A stretch of DNA of 64,000 nucleotides from a virus: positions 32,001 to 96,000 of IMG/VR virus record IMGVR_UViG_3300025687_000026; one strand, written 5' to 3'. Positions 9,352 through 18,780 of this stretch are shown in pieces (positions within the stretch are counted from its first letter, which is position 1; every line of letters starts with the position of its first letter). Below the pieces are notes generated by a model that saw only the letters and a program-made list of their open reading frames with translations, was not told the origin of the DNA and ran no database searches. Position numbers and translations under genes: made by a program.

Positions 9352-10458
9352 ATGGGCTTCATTCGCTTGGACTTCCCACGGGAAGTGCTGGAGATTGGCT
9401 CCAACGGGATGCAGGGTGGACGATTCATCGTTCGTTCATGGGATGAGTTGGAACGATACTGGAAGGGCAAGAACGGTAGCGGTAACGCCTACTTTACGGC
9501 CTACGGCTATCGTGCTACCAAGCCGCCTCGCAACCATCGAGTCGACTACGACACGCCAGTCATCCATCACTTCATCATGGACTTTGACTGCAAGGACTTC
9601 AAACAGCGTGGCGCTGAGGTCCCGTTCTCCTACATGCACGAGCAGGTTAAAAGGCTACATCGTTTCCTGCTGAGTGAAGACATTCGCCACTTCGTGTGGT
9701 TCAGCGGCGGTGGATTCCACCTGTGGGTGCCCCTCTCTGAAACCTACATGCCGACCTCTCCTCAAGAAGTCCGCCGCATCAAAGAGGGTGGTCGCAACCT
9801 GATGTCTTACTGGCATCGCAAGTTGGACCTCGGATGTAACGACCCTGCTGTCGCTTTCGACACGAGCGGCATGATTCGCATTCCCAACTCCTACAACGCA
9901 CGCCGTGGTTGTTGGAGTATTCCCCTCTTGAGCAAGGAGATTCTTGAACTGGACCACGACGGTCTGATGGAACTCGCTCAAGACCCTCGCCCCGGTTACA
10001 TCGAGCACGGTAGCAAGGGCGCTGAAATCACCTTGCCCGAGCGCAAGAACTTCTTCAAGCGTAAGGTTGAGCGAGTAGAGCACCTGCCCGATGTCACGCT
10101 TGACGACATCGTCGTGCTCCCCTGTCTCTCCCCCGCTCTTGGAGTCGGTAACCCAACACACCGTCACCGTCTGCACCTCGCTTCTTACCTTGCAGCACGC
10201 ATGCGCTGGTTCTTCCGACCTGAGGCTGTCAGCAACGAAGACCGTGCGGAGCATGTTCAACGCCTGTGTGAAATTATCGAGAAGCAGGGCTGGGTAGACT
10301 TCAAGGAAGACATGACAAAAATGCAAGTCGAAAGCATCATTTACGGCGGCGAAGGCAAGTGTGGATTGGACGCACCCCGCTGCTCCACCATCGAACGAGA
10401 TGGTTTCTGCGTGGGCCGATGTCGTTACTACGATGGGAGTATCATGGAGGAAGTGTGA
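9352..10458 (+). CDS. Archaeo-eukaryotic primase, PriS fused to a PriL C-terminal Fe-S domain
   Basis: DFD motif, FSGGGFH, D..GMIRIPNS; C-terminal LPCL...H..R..LA.YL...C.......C...C. Confidence 0.88.
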   Translation: MGFIRLDFPREVLEIGSNGMQGGRFIVRSWDELERYWKGKNGSGNAYFTAYGYRATKPPRNHRVDYDTPVIHHFIMDFDCKDFKQRGAEVPFSYMHEQVKRLHRFLLSEDIRHFVWFSGGGFHLWVPLSETYMPTSPQEVRRIKEGGRNLMSYWHRKLDLGCNDPAVAFDTSGMIRIPNSYNARRGCWSIPLLSKEILELDHDGLMELAQDPRPGYIEHGSKGAEITLPERKNFFKRKVERVEHLPDVTLDDIVVLPCLSPALGVGNPTHRHRLHLASYLAARMRWFFRPEAVSNEDRAEHVQRLCEIIEKQGWVDFKEDMTKMQVESIIYGGEGKCGLDAPRCSTIERDGFCVGRCRYYDGSIMEEV

Positions 10459-10856
10459 TGAAGAGGACAGTAGGTTCATCGAGGAGGACTCGCTACAAGA
10501 ATCGCCTGATTCAATTGCTGGACATGGTTGACAGACCACTCTCCCACCACGAGATTATTGACTATACAGTTCAATGGAAACACGGCATTTCAACCGTTGT
10601 CCTGAGCAACATCCTCAGTAAAGACGAGGCCTTTGAAATCTTCGGGAAGGTGAAGTCAGCCAAAACCGTAGGAAGCAGCGACTGCTGGGATGTCAATACA
10701 TACATCCTCAGTCCAATTGGAGTTGAACTGGCTGCTTCTCTACCCACCGCCACACCGTGTAAGGGCTGCAACCAAACTATCATCTTCACAAATGAGAAGC
10801 GTCCGTGCAGCGCTTGCTACATAAAAAAGAAAGAGGAGGAAAGGAACAATGCCTAA
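10458..10856 (+). CDS. Winged-helix-like protein with C-terminal CxxC-CxxC zinc finger
   Basis: PLS..EI.D...LSNILSK helix pattern; CKGC...CSAC. Confidence 0.55.
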   Translation: MKRTVGSSRRTRYKNRLIQLLDMVDRPLSHHEIIDYTVQWKHGISTVVLSNILSKDEAFEIFGKVKSAKTVGSSDCWDVNTYILSPIGVELAASLPTATPCKGCNQTIIFTNEKRPCSACYIKKKEEERNNA

Positions 10857-11547
10857 GCCCGACCTCATCATTGACAGCAACGAGCGAGGACCGCTCTGCG
10901 ACTCCATTCTGCGTAAGGCGCAGAAGTCAGGGTTGGCCGTCGTCCGTCAGTCTCTCGTGGTAGGTGATTACTTACTCGGCGCAGCGTGCGTTGAAGCCAA
11001 GAGCATCGGCGACCTGTTTCAGTCCAGCCATTCAGGTCACCTATGGCGACAACTGGAGAACATGGACGCCAACTACGAACGCTTCTTCCTGCTTGTGCAC
11101 GGGAGCGTAGCGAAGCATGTCGCCATGGGCAGCAAGAACGGTAAGCGCCTGACGCACAGTCGAGTGCAGAGTGAACTCACCGGCACCATCGCTCGCATCA
11201 TGGCTGACTTTGACTGTCAGGTGTTCTACACGCCCAATGTCAGCGAGGCTGCGCTGTTTGTCGTTAAACTCCATGACAAGTTGCACAAGCCAGCCAGCAG
11301 CCACGGAGCGAAAGCCGTGCGTCGAGTATCAACCAATGATGTCAGGAAGGATGTCTTGCTCGCTATCCCCGGCATCGGACCCGACCTTGTCGACCGCCTC
11401 CTTGAGAAGTGTGGGAACATTGAGGAGATGATGTTCCCCGAGGCACTGAAGCAAGTCAAGGGGCTCGGTGAGCAGCGACGCAAGATGATTCTTGATGTTC
11501 TCACCAGTGAAGACCCGGTGCACATTCAACGCACTGTCCGACGGTAG
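10849..11547 (+). CDS. ERCC4/XPF-family structure-specific nuclease with HhH motifs
   Basis: IIDSNE, L.VGDY, VEAKS..DL..S, IPGIG and VKGLG HhH motifs. Confidence 0.9.
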   Translation: MPKPDLIIDSNERGPLCDSILRKAQKSGLAVVRQSLVVGDYLLGAACVEAKSIGDLFQSSHSGHLWRQLENMDANYERFFLLVHGSVAKHVAMGSKNGKRLTHSRVQSELTGTIARIMADFDCQVFYTPNVSEAALFVVKLHDKLHKPASSHGAKAVRRVSTNDVRKDVLLAIPGIGPDLVDRLLEKCGNIEEMMFPEALKQVKGLGEQRRKMILDVLTSEDPVHIQRTVRR

Positions 11548-11551
11548 GTTA

Positions 11552-11564
11552 TAATGCAGCATCA
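11552..11564. promoter_or_regulatory. Pseudo-palindromic operator candidate TAATGCAGCATCA
   Basis: Intergenic; related copies at 49440-49452 and 56233-56245. Confidence 0.5.
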
Positions 11565-11603
11565 TATTTGTCAAATGTCTCGGTTGTCTTGCCTTTCGTA
11601 TAG

Positions 11604-11637
11604 TTTAAGTAGAGGTAGTTGGTGAGGTAGAATTATG
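11604..11637 (+). promoter_or_regulatory. TATA-containing promoter/leader of the MCM operon
   Basis: TTTAAGTA about 25-30 nt before the ATG; 29/34 identical to the element at 59183-59216. Confidence 0.6.
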
Positions 11638-13041
11638 CGACGAGCCGTGGATTATCAAGCAGTGAAAAAGTTCGACTTCTTCCGAGGGTATGTAGACCAG
11701 TTTGGGGAAGTCAGTATTGACAACGACATCCCAGCCATGCTGTCTTTCTTTTTCATTCAAGGGCAGGTGGCTGCACCCTATGTGCGCATCCCGTGGGGTA
11801 ACACTCACCTTGACCCCCGTGTTCACTGCTTTTGGATTCAACCCTCAAGGACGGGCAAGTCCATCGCTTGGGAGTTTGTCGGGGATGTCCTGAAAGATTG
11901 TGACATCGCCTACGACGCATACACCAGTGGTTCGGACGCCGGGCTCATCGGTGGTGTGACCACTGAAACAGTCGTCAACGACGAGGGTAAGAAAGAGCAG
12001 ATTACTGTGCAGACCGACGGCATGCTCGGTGGACGCAAGGCTCTCAACTTTGACGAGGGGTCCATCATCCTCAACCCCGGTAAGCACAGCCAAGAGACGG
12101 TGCTTTACCTGCAGTCCGCCTGTAACCCCATCGGGAGCAACAGCAACATCCTCGTGAAGCACCTGAGTGGTCGCCGTATCGAAACGGAGTCGCTGGCCTC
12201 GCTGTGGATTACCACCTACCCGCCCAAGGGCGTGAAGGAGTATGTGCTGACCAAGGGTATCTTCCAGCGTGTGTTGCTTTACTGGTCCCATTGGGACATG
12301 GACCGTCGCCAACAGGTTTCACAGATTCGGATGAACCGGGCTTTCACGCAGGGTGAGGACACCGTTGTTTCTTACAAGGACATCGTCGATTACTTCCGAG
12401 GGCTTGAGACTCGCCTCCGCTACCGTGTGCTTGACCTAACGGGGACCACGAAGAATGAGTGGGACAACTGCACTCGTGAGGAGCAGGAGGACCTCGTTCA
12501 GTCCTGCATGCACGAGATGTTCACGGCTGATGAGTCGTTTTACGCAGCGTCCTACGATGTCGTGGATGACTTCTACAGTCTACTCAAAGACTTGAACTTC
12601 GCCATCGCCGATGTCGTCGCATCCTTTGTTCCCGCCATGGAGAACTACTCTGTCATCCTCGCCACGCACCTCGCCATGATGGATGAGTCGTGGGTCATCA
12701 CGGGTGAGCACCTTGACATGGCGAAAGACATCCTCTACGACTTGTTCAAGAACCTCATTCAGTGGCTTGAGGGTGAGGTCGAAGTCGGTGCAAAGAAGGT
12801 TGAGAAGGAGCAGCACAAGAAGGACTGGATGGCTGCGTTCAACTCTGTCTCCGCTGTTGAACTTGACAAGCGTGGCGACGGCTGGCGTAAGAAGTCAGCA
12901 GTCATCCAGCAATACTGCACCAACCTCCACATCACCCGAGCCACTGGTTTCAAGAAGTTCAACGACTGGGCAGCACACATGTTCAACGCAGCAAAGGATG
13001 GGGCGACCGTCTACCTCCGCTTGAAGGAGGCCGAGGCATGA
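11635..13041 (+). CDS. Divergent MCM-like replicative helicase (AAA+)
   Basis: Walker A QPSRTGKS, S.AGLIGG, Walker B LNFDEG, arginine finger GIFQR; lacks the usual MCM N-terminal domain. Confidence 0.75.
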   Translation: MRRAVDYQAVKKFDFFRGYVDQFGEVSIDNDIPAMLSFFFIQGQVAAPYVRIPWGNTHLDPRVHCFWIQPSRTGKSIAWEFVGDVLKDCDIAYDAYTSGSDAGLIGGVTTETVVNDEGKKEQITVQTDGMLGGRKALNFDEGSIILNPGKHSQETVLYLQSACNPIGSNSNILVKHLSGRRIETESLASLWITTYPPKGVKEYVLTKGIFQRVLLYWSHWDMDRRQQVSQIRMNRAFTQGEDTVVSYKDIVDYFRGLETRLRYRVLDLTGTTKNEWDNCTREEQEDLVQSCMHEMFTADESFYAASYDVVDDFYSLLKDLNFAIADVVASFVPAMENYSVILATHLAMMDESWVITGEHLDMAKDILYDLFKNLIQWLEGEVEVGAKKVEKEQHKKDWMAAFNSVSAVELDKRGDGWRKKSAVIQQYCTNLHITRATGFKKFNDWAAHMFNAAKDGATVYLRLKEAEA

Positions 13042-13646
13042 CTGAAATAATGGCCCTTGACATCGAGACGGGTAACTACTCGTATGAGATTGGAGGTTGG
13101 GACAAGCACGCCTTGTTCGAGCCTACCGTTGTCGCTACATGGGACGGAGCCAACGGCGATGTCTTCAGCAAACAGAGCATTGACATGGCTACCGCCAAGG
13201 TGCACGACCTTCACCCACGCACGCTGGGCGACCACCTGCAAAAGCACATTGACGCTGGAGGCGTCGTGCTCGGTCACAACATCAAGAAGTTCGACCTCCC
13301 AGTGCTCAACGCAGCACTGGACTGCTGGACAGCAGGCGACCTGATGAGCAAGTCTGAGAGTGTCATTGACACCAAACTACTCGTCAGCAAGGCCGCTGGC
13401 GGCAAGGACATCGCTACCAGCCTTGAGATGCTGGCCCGTAACACACTGGACATCGGTAAGAGCATGACAAGTGCCGATGCCCCTGAAGCATGGCGAGCAG
13501 GCCGCTACCTTGAGGTGGCTGAATACTGCTTGAAAGACGCTCAATTGACCTACGACCTCTACCAACACGGTCGTGAGAATGGAGTGGTGAAAAGCCGCTC
13601 GTTGGAGGACGGGTCAATTGTTGAAATTGAGGTGAACTGGGAATGA
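13038..13646 (+). CDS. DEDD/RNase H-like 3'-5' exonuclease
   Basis: ALDIET, GHNIKKFDL, EYCLKD motifs. Confidence 0.85.
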   Translation: MTEIMALDIETGNYSYEIGGWDKHALFEPTVVATWDGANGDVFSKQSIDMATAKVHDLHPRTLGDHLQKHIDAGGVVLGHNIKKFDLPVLNAALDCWTAGDLMSKSESVIDTKLLVSKAAGGKDIATSLEMLARNTLDIGKSMTSADAPEAWRAGRYLEVAEYCLKDAQLTYDLYQHGRENGVVKSRSLEDGSIVEIEVNWE

Positions 13647-15118
13647 CTGAAAACAAAAATCACAACGCACAACGACTGAACATCGAGGCTGTCAAGCGCA
13701 TCGTCGGCACTGTCCGCACCACGCTTGGTCCGATGGGTATGGACAAAATGATGGTTGACGGTGGCGGAAATGTCATCGTCACCAACGACGGAGCAACCAT
13801 TCTCCGTGAATTGGATAGCGCCCACCCTGCGGCGAAGATGATTGTCGAGGTGTCCAAGGTCCAAGAAACGAACTGCTACGACGGAACCACCAGCAGCGTG
13901 GTGCTCGCAGGTCAACTGCTAAGCAACGCCGAGGGTCTATTCGACAAGGGCCTTCACCCCAATGTCGTCAACAAGGGTTACACCAAGGCTCAGGCGATGG
14001 TGCTTGAAGAACTTCCGAAACTCTCAGTTGATGGTGAGCGCTCACTGCAAGCCATCGCACGCACAGCCATCACAGGAAAGTCATTGGAAGCATCCGAAGA
14101 CCGCGTTGCTCAACTCTGCGTCGACACCATCCGTGCTGTCGGCGATGCTTCCGATGTCCGTGTGCTCGCTGCGCCCGGTGGCTCGCTCAATGACTCCTAT
14201 CTTTTCGAGGGCGTCGTGGTCAACAAGGACTTCGTTACGGCTGATGGTGACTTCGAGAACGCCGTTACGCCCATCCTGCTGGTCAACAGTGGGCTGGAGG
14301 AGCAGAAGCAAGACGGGAATGTGCAAGTGCAGGTGGACGCTTCGTCCTACAGCACGCTGAAGAATGCAGGGCGTGAGGAACTGCTGGAAGCAGCCAAGCA
14401 TATCGAAGCCTCAGGTGCCCGAGTCGTCTTCGTTCGCGACGGGGTGCACGATACGGTCGTGCAATATCTACACAAGCGTGGTGTCTTTGTCTGCCGCCGT
14501 GTGCCCCCGAGCACCATGAAGCGTCTCTGCAACGAGTTCGGTGTCAACGCTTACCACACGCCCGAGAGCGACATGGAATTGTGCGAGGCTCTCATCGACC
14601 GTCGCCGCTACAACGATGTCGACTACCTCTTCGTCAGCAACAACCTCGCCTCAAGCGAGGCTACACTGGTGCTGTTTGGCGCAACGCAGTCGACGCTGGA
14701 CGAGGTTCAGCGTGGCTTTGACGACGCATTGGGCGTCGTGTCCCTCGTGGCCAACGGCGACAGCGTCTGCTACGGTGGAGGTGCAACTTACCTCGCACTG
14801 GCCTCTTGCTTGAGGAGCCGTGCTGCTGAGGTGGGTGGTCGTGCTCAGATGGCGATTGAAGCCTACGCTGACGCACTGGAGGCTATCCCCGGCACCATCG
14901 CTGAAAACGCTGGTCATGATGCACTGGACACTGTGCTCGCTATGCGCCACGCTGGACTGCCCTTCGGGCCCAATGTGGAGACTGGCGGTATCATGGACAT
15001 GGGTGAGTCTCAGGTCTTTGAACCGATGTCGCTCATCCGCAGCGCTATCACGAGCGCTACTGAGGTCACGACAGCCATCCTACGCATCGACGACATCATT
15101 GGTCGGCGTGGTGAGTAA
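13643..15118 (+). CDS. Group II chaperonin (thermosome-like)
   Basis: TTLGPMGMDKM, VTNDGATIL, HPAAKM, DGTT, GGGA, ILRIDDII. Confidence 0.95.
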   Translation: MTENKNHNAQRLNIEAVKRIVGTVRTTLGPMGMDKMMVDGGGNVIVTNDGATILRELDSAHPAAKMIVEVSKVQETNCYDGTTSSVVLAGQLLSNAEGLFDKGLHPNVVNKGYTKAQAMVLEELPKLSVDGERSLQAIARTAITGKSLEASEDRVAQLCVDTIRAVGDASDVRVLAAPGGSLNDSYLFEGVVVNKDFVTADGDFENAVTPILLVNSGLEEQKQDGNVQVQVDASSYSTLKNAGREELLEAAKHIEASGARVVFVRDGVHDTVVQYLHKRGVFVCRRVPPSTMKRLCNEFGVNAYHTPESDMELCEALIDRRRYNDVDYLFVSNNLASSEATLVLFGATQSTLDEVQRGFDDALGVVSLVANGDSVCYGGGATYLALASCLRSRAAEVGGRAQMAIEAYADALEAIPGTIAENAGHDALDTVLAMRHAGLPFGPNVETGGIMDMGESQVFEPMSLIRSAITSATEVTTAILRIDDIIGRRGE

Positions 15119-15214
15119 GTGGCTACTTGCATCGCATGTCAGCGCTCTTGCCTACAAATACATCTTGTAGATGGCGAGTGGTGCCTTGATTGCTGGGAGA
15201 GCGAGGAAGAATAA
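15119..15214 (+). CDS. Zinc-finger micro-protein (31 aa)
   Basis: GTG start right after the chaperonin stop with GGTGA SD; MATCIACQRSCLQIHLVDGEWCLDCWESEEE; TAATG overlap with the next gene. Confidence 0.65.
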   Translation: MATCIACQRSCLQIHLVDGEWCLDCWESEEE

Positions 15215-15381
15215 TGGGTCGGCTGCTTGACAAGATGAAAGTCAAGTGCCGTCGCTGCGAGCACGAGCACATCCCTCGTCGTCTGCAAGCCCGGTTTCTT
15301 GACGGTGACAAAGAGCGGGTCAGCCTGTGGTGCTGTAGGGCCTGCGGTCACCTATGGGTTGACAGTGCCTTCAAGCATTAA
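15214..15381 (+). CDS. Zinc-ribbon protein (55 aa)
   Basis: CRRC...W.CRACGHLW; last gene of the + block. Confidence 0.75.
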   Translation: MGRLLDKMKVKCRRCEHEHIPRRLQARFLDGDKERVSLWCCRACGHLWVDSAFKH

Positions 15382-15389
15382 CTATCACA

Positions 15390-18300
15390 TCAAGGAATTG
15401 GTCCCGGCGTGTAAACCGGATTGTTTGCCCAAGCCGCTATCCTGTCTAACGCTTCGGCTACTGTTGTTGGCGGAGGGCCTGCCCAATAAGCAGGGTTTGC
15501 CGCATAAACATCCGCCGCCGCATCTGTCGTGTCTGTCGTTGAGTAAGCGGTGTCAGTAAGGTTGCTTGCGGCAACGAGGTCACCGTTGGAGTCAGCGACA
15601 AGAACAGCGTTTGTAGCGTTAGTTTGTCGGATAGTGCCGTCCACATGAAGTTTTTGAGAGGGTGAAATCGTTCCAATACCGATTCTTCCTGTGGAGGCTT
15701 CGTGAGCAATACCATATCCACCGGGGCCACCATCACCCGTTCCGAGGTTTAAGGTTCGGAAATTGATGTTTTTAGCGTTATAATTGGTGACGACTTGCCC
15801 CGTTCCGCCTGTGGTATAACCTTCTAAATACATCATGGTTCTAAGGGTTCCTTCCACATCGGATTGGATAAACATAGCACCCGATTCCGCACCGCCCGTG
15901 GGGTCGTCTAAAACCATTCCAATTCGGCCATAAGGTTCGGGATTTGCACCATCGTTGTTTCCATACCACCATAGACTTCCGAGATAATCGTTTGTGGTTT
16001 GTTTTGCACTTTTAATGATGACATCGGGAGCCGAGTTAGAACCCGGAGTCGGGTCGGTGGATTCAATACGGAGGATTTCGTCTAAAGAGTTTTTGGAAAT
16101 ATGAAGGGCAACCTGCGGGGAGGCCGTTCCTAAACCAAGTCTGTTGTTTGCGTTGTCAAAGTGAAGGTTCGCATTGTCGCTGGCGAAAGCCACACCGTCG
16201 CTGAATTGGATAGCACCAGCCGCACCCGATGGCGTTCCAACCGAGCCAAGCGCGGTGTCAATTCCAGCAAGGTGACCTTCAACCGTTGATGCGGTAGGAG
16301 TGTAGTTTGTTGCACTTGCGGCGGCGGTGATTTCACCATCGTCGTAATCTCCCGATGTAGCAACAACCGCACCCGTCCTTCCGAACACGGATGATACACT
16401 ACCAGCAGAAGCAAGTGCGTTGTCAATTCCAACAAGGTGAGCCTCAACATCAGCGGTAGTGGCGGTGTAGTTGGTCGGAGAGTGTGTGGCGACAGGAACC
16501 TCATCGGCATTTTGGTCTGCCGTTGCGCCTGTTTCAATTCCTGTCAGTTTCGTGCGCTCGGCTGAAGTGATGATGGCTCCGCTTCCAGCGTTGGTCACAT
16601 CGTTAAGTTCAGTCACGCTGTGCGTTGAGAGGTCGGTCACATCCGTTGGCTTGTTGAGGATTTCAGCATCGCCGCTCACGGCATTCCAATCCGCATTGAC
16701 ATTGACTTCTGCGCCCGTAGCGATACCAGCAAGTTTGGTTTGCTCGGCATCCGTAAAGGCGTTGGTGTCGGCGTTGCTCTCGTAAGCCGTCTTGATTTCA
16801 CCCGCCGTTTGGTCTGCTGTTGCGCCCACTTCGATACCGTCGAGTTTGGTAGCCTGAGCGCCTGTCATCAAGCCGGAGTTACCACCGGCTACCACTTCAG
16901 TCAGCGTGGCGTTCGTCCCAGTGCTGCTACTCACAGTTTTTGAAGCAGCATCGTAAGCAAGGTCGGTAGCGGCAGCAGCCGCAGCGCCAGCAGCATCGAC
17001 AAAGCCAGCGTCGTTGTTGAGTTCGCTGATGTTGTCACCCTCGATAATCACCTTCTTCTCAGCGTTAGCGTTATTGGTGAACATCGGTCGGTTGGGTGTT
17101 TCGTTCTTGACCCAATACAACCCCTTGCCAGCAACCGATGTATGACCAGTGGCCGCTGTGTCAGCCTTTTCGTCGACGACTAAGCCGGTAGGGTCAATGA
17201 GCCCAGTCACGGTCAATTTACCGTTAACGGTGAGTTCGTTGGCTGCTGTGTCGTATGAGAGCGTTGAGTCACTGGTGAAGCCACCAGCACCATCGGAGAG
17301 TTGCACAAGACCGCTGGTCCCGCTTGAGGTGGTAGCCACGGTGCTGCTGAAGAGCACACGCTTCCAATTGGTGCCGTCGTAAGCGAACATGAGGGCGTTG
17401 CCTGCAGTGATGGCTTGGTTGAGCCCCGTGCTGTCAAAAGTGACGGTGCTGCCGCTGGGCACTGAGACAAAGACCGTGTGGCCCGGTGGGAAGGTGCCGC
17501 TGGGATTGAGCGTGATACCACTGCTTGCTGTTAGAACGAAGACCCGGTTACCGTCAAAGGTGAAGGTTTGATTCGTGCTTGGACTGGAGACATCAATGTT
17601 GGTAGGACCGAGCAAATGAGTGTGTCGGTTGCTGCCGTCTTTGGCGCTATAGTAGAGCATCGACTCGCCGTCGCTGTTAAACGATTGCCATACGATGCCG
17701 TTGTCGCCAAAAGTAGCGGGTTGACCCGTGTGCACCGTCTGTAGCGCTGTGTGGCTGTTGATGCCCGTGGTTGCCGAGATGGTGCCGTCACGCACTGGGG
17801 AGAAGTAAAGCGGCGAGGGGCGCACGAAGACGCGCTTGTCGTTGTATTCAGACAGAGATTCGATGTTCAAGTCACCCGTGGTCGCTCCACCAGCGTTGAC
17901 AGCACGCACTGTGCCCAGCACGATAGTCTGACGGTTGTCACCAGCCCCGCTACCGGTGGTGAGATAAGAAGCAGCCGTGCCTGAAATGGAGGGGTAGGCT
18001 CCTGCAGCGGTCGTGATGTTGACCGTTTGCGTTATCTTGAGGCCATCAGCCGTAGCAACGACTACGAAAAGACACTCTTCGCCGCTATTGAGTGCAACGA
18101 AGGAGCCAAGTTTCTCAGCGGTCGTGCTGGTCAGCGTGACCGTGATGTCACTGCCGCCGCCGATGGCGTAGAGGATGCCGTCAAGAATGACATCGCACGC
18201 TTTGACCACGAACTGGTTGGCGCCCGCTCCCGCACTGATAGCGCCGGGAAGGTCGGGTGGGTCGTTGCGGTCGTTATCGTCGTAAGCCGTATCGTGCGGC

Positions 18301-18434
18301 AACAAGATACCGTTGCCGTGCACGCCTTCGTAGAGATTTGTCAAGGACGGTGAGAGGATGTGACTTCCGTCAGTCAGTCCATCGTTAGCGCCGTCTGTGT
18401 GTCCCGAAAGGGGGTTATCTGTAGTCATCGTCAT
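15390..18434 (-). CDS. Tail fibre / receptor-binding protein
   Basis: Gly/Ala/Thr-rich mosaic; TKL.GI..GA repeats, VSSVFGRTGAV, G.IQF.DG..F, R[LI]G[LI]GT.SP...LH repeats typical of fibres. Confidence 0.75.
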   Translation of the reverse strand: MTMTTDNPLSGHTDGANDGLTDGSHILSPSLTNLYEGVHGNGILLPHDTAYDDNDRNDPPDLPGAISAGAGANQFVVKACDVILDGILYAIGGGSDITVTLTSTTAEKLGSFVALNSGEECLFVVVATADGLKITQTVNITTAAGAYPSISGTAASYLTTGSGAGDNRQTIVLGTVRAVNAGGATTGDLNIESLSEYNDKRVFVRPSPLYFSPVRDGTISATTGINSHTALQTVHTGQPATFGDNGIVWQSFNSDGESMLYYSAKDGSNRHTHLLGPTNIDVSSPSTNQTFTFDGNRVFVLTASSGITLNPSGTFPPGHTVFVSVPSGSTVTFDSTGLNQAITAGNALMFAYDGTNWKRVLFSSTVATTSSGTSGLVQLSDGAGGFTSDSTLSYDTAANELTVNGKLTVTGLIDPTGLVVDEKADTAATGHTSVAGKGLYWVKNETPNRPMFTNNANAEKKVIIEGDNISELNNDAGFVDAAGAAAAAATDLAYDAASKTVSSSTGTNATLTEVVAGGNSGLMTGAQATKLDGIEVGATADQTAGEIKTAYESNADTNAFTDAEQTKLAGIATGAEVNVNADWNAVSGDAEILNKPTDVTDLSTHSVTELNDVTNAGSGAIITSAERTKLTGIETGATADQNADEVPVATHSPTNYTATTADVEAHLVGIDNALASAGSVSSVFGRTGAVVATSGDYDDGEITAAASATNYTPTASTVEGHLAGIDTALGSVGTPSGAAGAIQFSDGVAFASDNANLHFDNANNRLGLGTASPQVALHISKNSLDEILRIESTDPTPGSNSAPDVIIKSAKQTTNDYLGSLWWYGNNDGANPEPYGRIGMVLDDPTGGAESGAMFIQSDVEGTLRTMMYLEGYTTGGTGQVVTNYNAKNINFRTLNLGTGDGGPGGYGIAHEASTGRIGIGTISPSQKLHVDGTIRQTNATNAVLVADSNGDLVAASNLTDTAYSTTDTTDAAADVYAANPAYWAGPPPTTVAEALDRIAAWANNPVYTPGPIP

Positions 18435-18435
18435 T

Positions 18436-18780
18436 CTATTTCACCTCAATCAACAATTGAATGCGTAGTTCGTTTTGCGTCGTCTTAAGCACAGGAAGAA
18501 TCGTGTGCCGAGCGACTGGCGTGAAAGAGTTTGAACCACGGAACTGGACATAGACTTCTTTCAAGGAGTCCGTGAACTCTTCCGATGCTGGTATAAAACC
18601 TTCAACGAGGATGGTGTTGTCGTCGACGATGCGCACCGTCGGATTGAGCGTGATGGCTGGACGACCAGCGGCCCCATCAGAACTCGTAGATGGGGTTCCA
18701 TCGAAACCTATAATCATCTCGTTGATGTTGCTCGCTATCGTGTCGAGCAGCGCCCGTTTGATGTGGTCGCTTACCGGCAT
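18436..18780 (-). CDS. Hypothetical tail/baseplate protein
   Basis: 114 aa, tightly coupled in the tail operon. Confidence 0.55.
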   Translation of the reverse strand: MPVSDHIKRALLDTIASNINEMIIGFDGTPSTSSDGAAGRPAITLNPTVRIVDDNTILVEGFIPASEEFTDSLKEVYVQFRGSNSFTPVARHTILPVLKTTQNELRIQLLIEVK

